Below the pieces are notes generated by a model, which ran no database searches, had not been told where the DNA came from, and was given only the letters and a program-made list of their open reading frames with translations. A stretch of DNA of 64,000 nt from positions 64,001 to 128,000 of the forward strand of contig CAWDSQ010000007.1 of the NCBI GenBank assembly GCA_963804955.1, given 5' to 3'. Origin of the DNA: an uncultured delta proteobacterium (GTDB lineage: Bacteria; Desulfobacterota; WTBG01; CAIYCZ01; CAIRTM01). A program made the position numbers and the translations under genes. Within the stretch, counting starts at the first letter, position 1; each line of letters begins with the position of its first letter. Shown here piece after piece: positions 1-9,068 of the stretch.

Positions 1-1611
1 GATGGCCTCAAAGGACTTGATCAGACGATAATAACGGGGATTCTGTGCCTCGGTTACACTCTGCAGGCGTCCTGAACCGTTGACATGGGTAACCGCCGGG
101 ATCAGCGGCCGCTTATCTTCACGAATCTGATACACTTGCAGCATAAAGGGAACATCGTAATCGGTTTCAAACCATTCCTTAACTGCTTCACGGATTATCG
201 AAGGGGCAAAAGGCCGAAACGATTCACGACGCTTGATCTTCAAATTCAGGATATCCTTCATGTCGGCTCGACGGGGATCGCAGACGATGGAGCGGTTGCC
301 CAGCGCTCGCGGCCCCCACTCCAGGCGCCCCTGGAACCAGCCGATCACCTTGCCTTCAGCAACCCGTAGCGCCGTCCGGCGGCAGAGCTCTGCTTCGTCC
401 AAAATCTCCTCAATCAGGCAATTCTCCGCCTGTATCTTTTGAGCATTCGCTGTCAACAGTTCACCAATCTCCGCGTTGCTGAACTCCGGCCCCAGATAGG
501 CATGATCCATCACAAACGAACGCGGATTACCCAGTTCCTGATTCCAGACATAAAACGCAGCGCCGATTGCGCCGCCGCCGTCTCCGGCTGCCGACTGGAT
601 ATACATCTCCCGGAAGGGGCTCCTCTCAAAGACCTTGCCATTGGCAACTGAATTCATGGCGCAGCCGCCGGACAGGCAGAGGTTCGGGGACTTTGTTTCC
701 ATATGGACATGCTTCAGCAAATGGAAAAAGGCCTCTTCGTACATAGCCTGAAGAGAAGCGGCCAGATCCTTGTGATACTGGCTCAAAGGCTCATCCTTGC
801 CCCGTGGCGGCCCCAGCAGCTCAGCCAGCTTCGCCGAGTAGACTGTACCGATCTTCGGCTCGCCGTCATCCCACACCATGGAGACCCCTTCGGAATGATG
901 AATAAAATAATCCAGATCCAGCTCAAAGAGCCCCTTGGGCTTCAGGTGCACGATCCGTCGCATTTTCTCCATCTGAGATGCTGCACCATAGGGAGCCAGG
1001 CCCATGACTTTATATTCGTCGCCGTAATGGGGGAACCCCAGATACTGGGTCATGGCCAGGTAGAACAGGCCCAGGGAGTGAGGGAATGACACCTCATCGT
1101 GAACGGTGATGGATGCCCCGCTCCCCATGCCCCACATGGTGCTGAGGAAATCGCCGAAACCGTCTACTGAGACAACGGCGGCCGAATCAAAAGGCGAAAC
1201 AAGAAACGAACTGGCCAGGTGCGCCAGATGGTGCTCCACATCGTGGATGCGCGCACGGCAGCTCTCAGCTTTCACCCCGAGCCCCTCACACAGCAGCGCT
1301 CGAATATCTTTAACTTTTCCGGCATTTCTGAGCCGGTCTTTGATTGCTTCAAGGCTGGGGCGCTTGGTAAAGGCAAAAAGCGCCTTCTGCAGGAGGTGGG
1401 CGCTTGGTTTGCGGTTGATGGCGATATGGTCAACCTGATCGATAGTTATCCCGCCGGCTGCCAGGCAATAGCGCACCGCCTGAGTCGGAAGTCCGGCCCA
1501 GTGCTTGATGCGCCTGAAACGTTCCTCTTCGGCAGCTGCCACCAGTTGGCCGTTGATGAGCAGGCAGGCTGATGAGTCTCCGTGGTATGCATTCAGGCCG
1601 AGTATGATCAT
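1..1611 (-). CDS. Carbamoyltransferase, NodU/CmcH family (3' end runs off the window)
   Basis: Not in the ORF track because there is no stop in the window. Manual translation from ATG 1611 gives MIILGLNAYHGDSSACLL..AAEEERFRRIKH, then VEHHLAH..SPF..VDGFGD, FPHSLGLFY..GDEYKVMGLAPYG, and PAVTHVNGSGRLQSV near the end. SD GGAG lies upstream. Confidence 0.93.
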   Translation of the reverse strand, partial: MIILGLNAYHGDSSACLLINGQLVAAAEEERFRRIKHWAGLPTQAVRYCLAAGGITIDQVDHIAINRKPSAHLLQKALFAFTKRPSLEAIKDRLRNAGKVKDIRALLCEGLGVKAESCRARIHDVEHHLAHLASSFLVSPFDSAAVVSVDGFGDFLSTMWGMGSGASITVHDEVSFPHSLGLFYLAMTQYLGFPHYGDEYKVMGLAPYGAASQMEKMRRIVHLKPKGLFELDLDYFIHHSEGVSMVWDDGEPKIGTVYSAKLAELLGPPRGKDEPLSQYHKDLAASLQAMYEEAFFHLLKHVHMETKSPNLCLSGGCAMNSVANGKVFERSPFREMYIQSAAGDGGGAIGAAFYVWNQELGNPRSFVMDHAYLGPEFSNAEIGELLTANAQKIQAENCLIEEILDEAELCRRTALRVAEGKVIGWFQGRLEWGPRALGNRSIVCDPRRADMKDILNLKIKRRESFRPFAPSIIREAVKEWFETDYDVPFMLQVYQIREDKRPLIPAVTHVNGSGRLQSVTEAQNPRYYRLIKSFEAI

Positions 1612-1620
1612 GAATATCTC

Positions 1621-1863
1621 CTAAAATTGAAAATAAATACATTGATTGACTGGTTTCAAAAATATAAAATCAAAATAAATCATCATGCTCAATGCAGCTA
1701 TCTCCGATACACGGAAAACGATTGGACTGCTGAATAGTGCAAGACGCGCTTGTTTGAGGTTATACGATGCCACCATACCGGCTATATAAAAAAACGATAA
1801 GATAAAAATTTTCCCGAATGGAAGTTGCAGATATGACTCAGGGTGAATAACTTTGCCTGACAA
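1621..1863 (-). CDS. Small membrane protein ending in an AlgI/DltX-like hexapeptide (CIYFQF); stand-alone shuttle or MBOAT C-terminal remnant
   Basis: 80-aa ORF with a TTG start and two hydrophobic stretches, C-terminus ..VNQCIYFQF*. Its stop overlaps the SD of the carbamoyltransferase. Confidence 0.5.
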   Translation of the reverse strand: MSGKVIHPESYLQLPFGKIFILSFFYIAGMVASYNLKQARLALFSSPIVFRVSEIAALSMMIYFDFIFLKPVNQCIYFQF

Positions 1864-1887
1864 AAGGCACCGCCGCTTTTCCCCCGG

Positions 1888-3102
1888 TTACTCCTTTAAA
1901 TACGGCTGAATTATCTGCTTTCCTGTAATTACACCCCGAAACAACGCAATATTATCTTTTAACACCTGATCATCCTCTGCAGCGTTCCTTGCATACTTCC
2001 GTGCACGAAGCCGTTGCTCCACCCGTGCCGCCTTATTCAAAGCCGTCTGTGCCTCTATAACTGCGCAAAACCCTTCCTCCGCCTCCAAGGGCAGATCCCA
2101 CCCCACACCCTGAGCCTCCAGATTCCGCCATGGCGTCTTGTCGCTGATCAAAACTGGTAAGCCCGCGGCCAGGGCTTCGAAGATGACATGTCCATAGTTT
2201 TCTCCTCTTGTCGGTAAAAAGAACAAATCGTACCCGGACAGCGTATCCAGAACTTTATCGTGCGCAATTCTCCCATGATACTGGACGACCACATGCTTCG
2301 GCAAATCATGTATAAGTTGTTGGCAGTGCTGCCAGTAGGCGGCATCTTCCGCCACGCCATAAATGTCAAACCTAAGCGGCGTCTTGACTTTAGCAAGCAC
2401 CCGCAAGGCATAATCCAGATTCTTCATTTCACAAATACGGGACAGGAAGCACACCCGCAAAGGATCATGCTGACAGCGGTCGTTTTGATCTTCGAAGTCC
2501 GACATTGACGCTGCTGCGCCCGGCATGTCAGGCGCAAGAACGATAGCAAGAACGATTCTCTTGGCTATTTCTCCCATGGCCCGACGGACATCTTCGGCCT
2601 CATACACGCTGGATGCCTGCCAGGTAATGTCTTTATAAAGACTAACCGTATTTACAATACCCAGATAGGGTTTCTTTTTCCAGGCCTTTAGCGCCAGCGC
2701 CCCTCGGGCAAGTGACCCGCGAGGCGCAAGAATCGTCGGCCGCTTTGGTACAAGCCTCAGCAAGCGTGCCAAAAGTGGTAACTGAGTAAAAACCGGATCA
2801 AAGAAGCTATTCAAATACAGAACATCGTGCGGGATCTCCCTGAGAAGGCGAACCCAAAAAAGCAGCGACTGATTATGTGGCGAGCAGTAAAACACTTTCG
2901 CCTTGCCGACCTGATTCCAGCCATCAACGACCACATTCGAATAGGACTCCTTATCTTTAAAGTCTCTATCGGCTGTGACGATGCGGAAATCGAATTCATC
3001 GCTGAGCAACGACACCATGTTGGCAACCGTCTGAACCGGTCCACCTGCTTTGAACCCGGGCAGGTACCAGGGAATGGAAGTCAGTATTATTGGTTTAGTC
3101 AT
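1888..3102 (-). CDS. Glycosyltransferase family 4
   Basis: YLPGFKAGGP N-terminus, FLSRICEMKNL, and FFLPTRGENYGHVIFEALAAGLPV (E-x7-E motif). Confidence 0.92.
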   Translation of the reverse strand: MTKPIILTSIPWYLPGFKAGGPVQTVANMVSLLSDEFDFRIVTADRDFKDKESYSNVVVDGWNQVGKAKVFYCSPHNQSLLFWVRLLREIPHDVLYLNSFFDPVFTQLPLLARLLRLVPKRPTILAPRGSLARGALALKAWKKKPYLGIVNTVSLYKDITWQASSVYEAEDVRRAMGEIAKRIVLAIVLAPDMPGAAASMSDFEDQNDRCQHDPLRVCFLSRICEMKNLDYALRVLAKVKTPLRFDIYGVAEDAAYWQHCQQLIHDLPKHVVVQYHGRIAHDKVLDTLSGYDLFFLPTRGENYGHVIFEALAAGLPVLISDKTPWRNLEAQGVGWDLPLEAEEGFCAVIEAQTALNKAARVEQRLRARKYARNAAEDDQVLKDNIALFRGVITGKQIIQPYLKE

Positions 3103-3464
3103 TGTCACCGCTCAACTTTCAGACCTACTGCGCCAGTACTGCTCTCTGGGCATCAACATGTTCCTTCACTATACTTTCGGGCCGAAAACGCCCGGCTTTT
3201 CAGAATCCGTGCGGCACCACTTACTGCCTGGATGCCGGCTATTCATAATATTCTTTCTCCGCAAACTCCCAGAGTACATGATAGGCGAACTGATGTACAT
3301 GCTGACCGCCTTCCCCTGACAACCCCGTGCAGGAGGGCGCTAAGTATGCGACCATATTTTCATACAGTCAAAAAGAACCATTTGCAAGATAGAACCCAAC
3401 GTACCAGAGCACAATTTGCAGTTAAGAGTGCCGTTGATTATCAGAAAACCATGCGGGTACTATT

Positions 3465-4991
3465 CTAAATCCTTCCTCGAAATATTACTCTATTGATAAA
3501 AAACAATATTATAAGCGGAATGGTGAGCAGCCTGATATTTGAAAGGAAATGCCCCAACGGTGCTTCCATAAGCAGAGTAAGCCCGATCACATACGGTGTC
3601 CAGGGATGGTCGGATAATCGTGCGGGGGAAAGAAGCCAGGCGCTGAGCAGTGCCCAAAAGACGCCCATTAGAGCAAAGGATAAAACCCCCCCGAACCAGC
3701 CATAATTCCCCACGAATTCAAAAGGAATAGTTACCGCAAGGTTGGTCACCAAATCAAATCTGTTGGCATAACCGACGTCCGCACCAACCGTCCGGGCAAA
3801 AAAATTTCCGATATTCATATCTCGTTTTTCCGGCAGGATTGCTCGCGGAACGAGAACCTCAAAGCCCCATGTGATAGTGTCGCCGCCCCACTCACCTTCA
3901 GAAAAGCTGTTACGCCTCGTCAGTTCAGCGGCAAGAGGAAAGATCCCCCTGAAAAGCACTGCAACATTTGTCTCTCTGCCCATGGCCAGGCGAAACTTAT
4001 CGGGATTGGTGAGCAATTCATAAAAAACCTCAACTCGCCCGCCGGAGGAATCTACCTTAGCCATGGCTGCAAGGTATCTTCCGTAGGTGACATACGGCGC
4101 TATGACCAATACAAAAAAAACTGTCACTATCGTGATGAGCATCCACGGGGGGCGCTGAAACCGGGATATATAAGCAAAAACATACAGGGCAAACAAAAGG
4201 GCTAGCGGCCCTTTCCAGCCCCCGTACAGAGCCGTGATAATAGTCTGCCATATGGTTACGGCAATCAGAATTTTGACAGTAAAGGGAATTTTTTTCCATG
4301 GCTCAGTCAGGTAAGTCATAAGTGACGAGTTTATCATCGGAGTGAGTGCTCCCACCGCAGAAATAACTCCGACCCACCAGATCGTCGTCTTTGTTCCGCC
4401 TAACATGGACGTCTCCTCTCTTCCCACAATACCCAAAACTTCCAGAAGCGTGATCAGCACACCAGAGACCACCATTAAGCCGGTATAAACAATAAAAACA
4501 TTGGTGGGGAAATTATCACCTGAGGGTTGAAGGAACCGAGCATAAAAGCTCTTTCCGGAAAGCCAGCGAAGTGTCGCCCGAGCGACAATAGCGTAGAGAA
4601 TAACCCCCGGGGCCACAATCCACAGTGCTTCCATTGCCGACACTTGCACTTGTCGCGCTAAAGCGGCATCAACCTGAAAATAGTTAAAGGCCGAAACGAG
4701 CGAAGGGCCAAAACCAATCCACCAGTAGAATAAACAAACAATAGCCTGAATCGGGTTGAGCAAAGGCCGATCCGCAAGCAATGATAATGCTATGTAGACG
4801 CATACTCCCAGGGTAATCTGCCCCATTACGTAGGTATCCGGAGCCCCCGTTAAAAGCCCCATGACGGCTGCAAGAGCTACTGACCCGCCGAGCGACAATC
4901 GAAACCAGCCTGAAAGAAACCAATCGCAGTACCGCGAAGACCTGCGATGATATATCCCCCTATCCGGTGCGCTTCTATCAGGCGTTCTCAT
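3465..4991 (-). CDS. Polytopic membrane protein, probable polysaccharide polymerase (Wzy-like)
   Basis: Many TM segments with a periplasmic loop and a late EFVGNYGWFGGV motif. ATG 4991 overlaps the GT2 stop (ATGA). Lies in a polysaccharide operon. Confidence 0.65.
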   Translation of the reverse strand: MRTPDRSAPDRGIYHRRSSRYCDWFLSGWFRLSLGGSVALAAVMGLLTGAPDTYVMGQITLGVCVYIALSLLADRPLLNPIQAIVCLFYWWIGFGPSLVSAFNYFQVDAALARQVQVSAMEALWIVAPGVILYAIVARATLRWLSGKSFYARFLQPSGDNFPTNVFIVYTGLMVVSGVLITLLEVLGIVGREETSMLGGTKTTIWWVGVISAVGALTPMINSSLMTYLTEPWKKIPFTVKILIAVTIWQTIITALYGGWKGPLALLFALYVFAYISRFQRPPWMLITIVTVFFVLVIAPYVTYGRYLAAMAKVDSSGGRVEVFYELLTNPDKFRLAMGRETNVAVLFRGIFPLAAELTRRNSFSEGEWGGDTITWGFEVLVPRAILPEKRDMNIGNFFARTVGADVGYANRFDLVTNLAVTIPFEFVGNYGWFGGVLSFALMGVFWALLSAWLLSPARLSDHPWTPYVIGLTLLMEAPLGHFLSNIRLLTIPLIILFFINRVIFRGRI

Positions 4992-6076
4992 CTTCGCACC
5001 CCGCTTGTCTTGCTGCCGCCAATCTCCATTGATGCAAGAAGCAGCTGCCAGCCAAGCCGGATCCTGAATATCGCATGCACGCGCTTTTCCGGCGAGCTGA
5101 CGGCGGCCATGATTACTCTGCAAGCCAGATTCGCAACCCCGCACCAGAAGACGATAAAACGGTACAGGCAATAACGAACCAACCCTAAATTTTTCAGAAC
5201 ATAGTACCGGTTGTGGCGCAAAAACCTGATTTTAAAAGCAATCTCCTGTTCCCTGGAAAACTCGGTGCAGGAGCTTCCGAGAAGATGCATCACGACCGCT
5301 TCAGGAACAAACCATGTCTCCCATCCGGAACGGGACACGGCCAATCCCCAGTCAGCATCTTCATTATAGAAATGGTATGCCTCGTCGAGAACACCCACTT
5401 CCGGAAACACCTGTTTGCGAATCATCATAACAGCGCCGGTCAGCCAGCCGTCGGTGATACGGCACCTCGTGGAATAGGGAAATGAGTCTGTATGGTACTT
5501 ATCGCGAAAAGGCCGGGGTGCATGATTAAGAGCAAGCCCGAGGGTCAGCCGCAGTATCATGCTTGTCACCGTAAAATGAGCCTCGATTGAACGTTGTACA
5601 GTCTTATCGGCATTCAGCAATAAAGGCCCGCAAACAGCGGCGCGGGGATGGGCCTGCATAAAATCATGCATGATACCGATGGCATTATTTTCGAGAACAG
5701 TATCAGAGTTCAGCAAAAAAACATACTGTCCACGGGACTTCTCTATCGCCTGGTTGTTGGCCCTGGCAAAACCGAGATTCTCCCGATTTCGAATCAGAAG
5801 AATGTCGGGAAACTCATTCTCCAGCATCTCGCAACTCGTATCGATCGAGGCGTTGTCGACAACAATAATCTCATAGGAAAGGCCGGAGGTCTTCTCATGC
5901 ACGCTGTTCAAACAGTCACGCAGAAGGGCGCATGTGTTGTAGCTTATGACAATGATGGAAACGTTTATAGCGGCCCCGGCGTGCGCTGCTTCCCCGCCCA
6001 TGGTTCCCACATAGGACTTTGGCTGTGTGCCGTCTTTGCTCATCGTTGTCTTGCAAAACGTTCCGGGCTCATTCAC
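4988..6076 (-). CDS. Glycosyltransferase family 2 (WbbL-like)
   Basis: VSIIVISYNT..EIIVVDNAS..NLGFARANN..LLNSDT, and GVLDEAYHFYNEDADW. The start codon is uncertain. Confidence 0.92.
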   Translation of the reverse strand: MNEPGTFCKTTMSKDGTQPKSYVGTMGGEAAHAGAAINVSIIVISYNTCALLRDCLNSVHEKTSGLSYEIIVVDNASIDTSCEMLENEFPDILLIRNRENLGFARANNQAIEKSRGQYVFLLNSDTVLENNAIGIMHDFMQAHPRAAVCGPLLLNADKTVQRSIEAHFTVTSMILRLTLGLALNHAPRPFRDKYHTDSFPYSTRCRITDGWLTGAVMMIRKQVFPEVGVLDEAYHFYNEDADWGLAVSRSGWETWFVPEAVVMHLLGSSCTEFSREQEIAFKIRFLRHNRYYVLKNLGLVRYCLYRFIVFWCGVANLACRVIMAAVSSPEKRVHAIFRIRLGWQLLLASMEIGGSKTSGVRR

Positions 6077-6353
6077 TGTTGGGCTCCTCGAGAACTCACG
6101 GGCTTACCTGTCATGGCAAACGACCGGAGCCCCGTATTATAGCGGCATGAACGGCACTGCCCGTTTACAAAGCGCACTGCTTTCCTGTCCACAACGAGAA
6201 ACACCGCATGCGATATAAAGAAACGCCACTGCTCCACGTATTGCGATGCAGCATGGAGCAGCGTTCTAATTCCATGTCGGGAAACGGTCATCTTCAGCCC
6301 TCAAAAAAACACGGAGGCGTATACCATGCGCATGTGCAGCAGCAAATTTCATA

Positions 6354-7091
6354 TCACATCTTGGGTAAACGCAGCTTGAGTTTGCTCCAGCGCCTCTCAA
6401 TCTCCTTTTCGCCAAGCGGAAAAGCCGCTATCCTGATTTCAGCAATGTCACCGCTGAAGGGCCGCCCACCCTCTGCTGCATTTCCAATCTGAAGAGGGAG
6501 GAAATTGTCTTTTATTGTATTCGCGGTGACAACTGTTCCGGCAAGGCTGCCGTCAACATACACACTCAGAGACTTTCCCTCGCCAAAAACTATTGCCACA
6601 TAATTCCACACCCCTGCGTTGAGTTTGAAATTTGCGCTTGATGACCACTCTGAGCCATCACCAAAACACATATAATAGATGTTTTGTTCTTTGTAAGCCT
6701 GTTGAACGGTGAAACCATCAATGGTTCCGACGCGGTGATTCGAAAGAATTGCCGCAAAGGGAACCTGCTGTGCAGAAGGTCTTACAATCACCTCTATGGC
6801 ATATGCTTCTTTCAGCAGTACAGGTTCAAGCATCACCCCGTTGCCGATATACCCTTTTTCAAATGCTATATGGAGCGTATCTCCGCGTTGTTTAGGCAAC
6901 AGACGACTGGCTGTTTCTTTAGGATGGAGCTTGGTTGATGTGCTTGCATTGTCATTCTGCACGGCTGTAATTTGAGCGATTGCAGCCTGCCGGACGGGAT
7001 TGGACGTAAAGATATCCGCCGCTTCGCAATAATCAAAAACCATCAATGAAGCCAGCATGAGAGCAGGCAGGCAGTGGTGTTTCTTGATCAT
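6354..7091 (-). CDS. Secreted LamG-like (concanavalin/jellyroll) domain protein
   Basis: Signal-like MIKKHHCLPALMLASL; WNYVAIVF..VYVDG..LQIGN..FSGDIAEIRI is the Laminin_G_3 pattern. Confidence 0.75.
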   Translation of the reverse strand: MIKKHHCLPALMLASLMVFDYCEAADIFTSNPVRQAAIAQITAVQNDNASTSTKLHPKETASRLLPKQRGDTLHIAFEKGYIGNGVMLEPVLLKEAYAIEVIVRPSAQQVPFAAILSNHRVGTIDGFTVQQAYKEQNIYYMCFGDGSEWSSSANFKLNAGVWNYVAIVFGEGKSLSVYVDGSLAGTVVTANTIKDNFLPLQIGNAAEGGRPFSGDIAEIRIAAFPLGEKEIERRWSKLKLRLPKM

Positions 7092-7952
7092 TGATGAACT
7101 CCTTACGGGTAGTTGCTGCAAAAGACTTTTCTTATGAAACAAAGAGAGCACTACAACTCTTGAAACGCTTATTCCCATTTTCTGTACTGTCACATACAGC
7201 AAATCAAAGCAGCTCGCTATCCAGCAGGGCTGCTTTCACGAACAAAACTTTGCGCCACGCCTGCTTAACTGCCGTATTTGTGCGCAACAGCCCGTCATCC
7301 GAACATGCTGGATGCATCATGCAGGAAGCTTGGGGCAGGAAACACCACCTCTTTCTTGGATCAGGCTAGGCTGGACGACTCGTGCATGCAGCAATTAAAC
7401 TCTCACAAATTCGCCCCATTTTATACCATCATGGCGAGCCTTTGTCCAGAGCACAATGGCACGCTTTGAGACGTAAGATTCCCCTGCGGGCCTCCCGCTC
7501 TGGCACGAACAAACCCTGCTGATATCAGAGCTCGTGTAAATAATCTCAAAAAAAGAACCCCGTCATCAAACGCATATCCTGCGTTATGCGCTCATTTCGC
7601 CAACAGTCTTTTTATCTCCTCGCTGCACAGCCTGCATGCCGGCTTCGGGTGCAAAGAACCAGGCGGACGAGGCGCCAAAACCCTGTGTGACACTCCTGTG
7701 CGCAAAAAGAGCTTGAACGAAAAGAGCTCCGGGACAGGTAGCCAGCAACGAGGATTCGTTCCAACCAACAGGCCGGCCCTTGACAGGTTTTCCCATAGAT
7801 CAAATCCCTTAATAGGCGCAGTTTCATCAGAGCAGTCAAGCCCGATGGGCTGTACGGCCTTAAGCCGGCATGCAGCCACCGCCATGGCAATCAGGGATTC
7901 AGGTGCTTGCCAACCACCGGCCCGCACTTGCAATCACTGAAAAAAGACACGC

Positions 7953-8930
7953 TCAGCGACTCCGGGGCACTTCAGGCAATAACCGGTCTGACTCAACCAT
8001 CATACTGATCACATCCCGCATTTTATGCTTTGCCTGCCAGCCGAGCACCCTGAGCGCTTTCTCAGTGTTGCCTTGATTCTCCATGATATCAGAAGCGCGC
8101 AGCAGAGAGCGGTCGGCAACGACATGCGTTCTCCAGTCAAGACCAAGGCAGTGGAACGCCTCGGCCACAAAATCCTCCAAAGTATTTGTTTGACCTGTTG
8201 CCACAACATAATCATCCGGTATAGGCTGCTGCAGCATGAGCCACATAGCCTCAATATATTCCGGCGCCCAACCCCAATCACGAGCAATGGAGATGTTCCC
8301 CAGATGAAGTTTCTCAGCGCTGCCCGCCGCAATACGGCAGGCAGCCTTGACGATTTTACGGGTAACATAGCGCTCTGGGCGAAGCGGTGATTCGTGGTTA
8401 AACAGTATGCCCGTACAGGCAAAAAGATTATATGCTTCGCGATAATTAGCAACCTCCCAGAATGCTGTTGCCTTGGCTACGGCGTAGGGGCTGCGGGGCC
8501 GGAATGGAGTCTGCACGTCGGCAGGCACACCTCCTGTGTTACCAAAGCATTCGCTGGACCCTGCATTATACAATTTTATGGGCCGACCGATGAAACGTAT
8601 GGCCTCAAGCAGATTAAGGGCGCCAACAGTGATGCTCTCCAGGGTTTCAACCGGTTGTTCAAACGAAAGGCTAACGGAGCTTTGTCCGGCAAGATTATAT
8701 ATTTCATCGGGCTGTACCTTGGTCAATATCTGCAAAACGCTACGGAAGTCATTGAGAGCCATGGAGTGGGAGGTAATCCGCTCTCTGATACCAAGCAGGT
8801 GCAGGTTGCCGAAGCTTGACATCTGTGCATCACGAGAAGTGCCATGCACAGTATATCCCCTGCCCAGCAGCAGACGGGCTAAATAGGCTCCATCCTGGCC
8901 TGATACACCGCATATGAGAGCTTTTTTCAT
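7953..8930 (-). CDS. gmd: GDP-mannose 4,6-dehydratase
   Basis: GVSGQDGAYLA, PDEIYNLAGQSSV, PRSPYAVAK, GILFNHESPLR, RDWGWA. Confidence 0.95.
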   Translation of the reverse strand: MKKALICGVSGQDGAYLARLLLGRGYTVHGTSRDAQMSSFGNLHLLGIRERITSHSMALNDFRSVLQILTKVQPDEIYNLAGQSSVSLSFEQPVETLESITVGALNLLEAIRFIGRPIKLYNAGSSECFGNTGGVPADVQTPFRPRSPYAVAKATAFWEVANYREAYNLFACTGILFNHESPLRPERYVTRKIVKAACRIAAGSAEKLHLGNISIARDWGWAPEYIEAMWLMLQQPIPDDYVVATGQTNTLEDFVAEAFHCLGLDWRTHVVADRSLLRASDIMENQGNTEKALRVLGWQAKHKMRDVISMMVESDRLLPEVPRSR

Positions 8931-9068
8931 GGCAGACAGATTCCCCCTTTTTTTATCTTCAACTGTTTACAATTCGCAAAAAAATCTCATATTTGAATGT
9001 TATGTCAACACGTCTAAAAAGCAACTAATTATACATGTGCTTGTTCCCTTGACGACTTGATAATAAAA

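Noticed and set aside
85..1572. Plus-strand ORFs of 69-128 aa
   Set aside because: Antisense shadows of the minus-strand carbamoyltransferase.
7584..7933. 113-aa ORF after gmd containing IKGFDLW
   Set aside because: Could be a glycosyltransferase remnant, but the similarity is too short to support.
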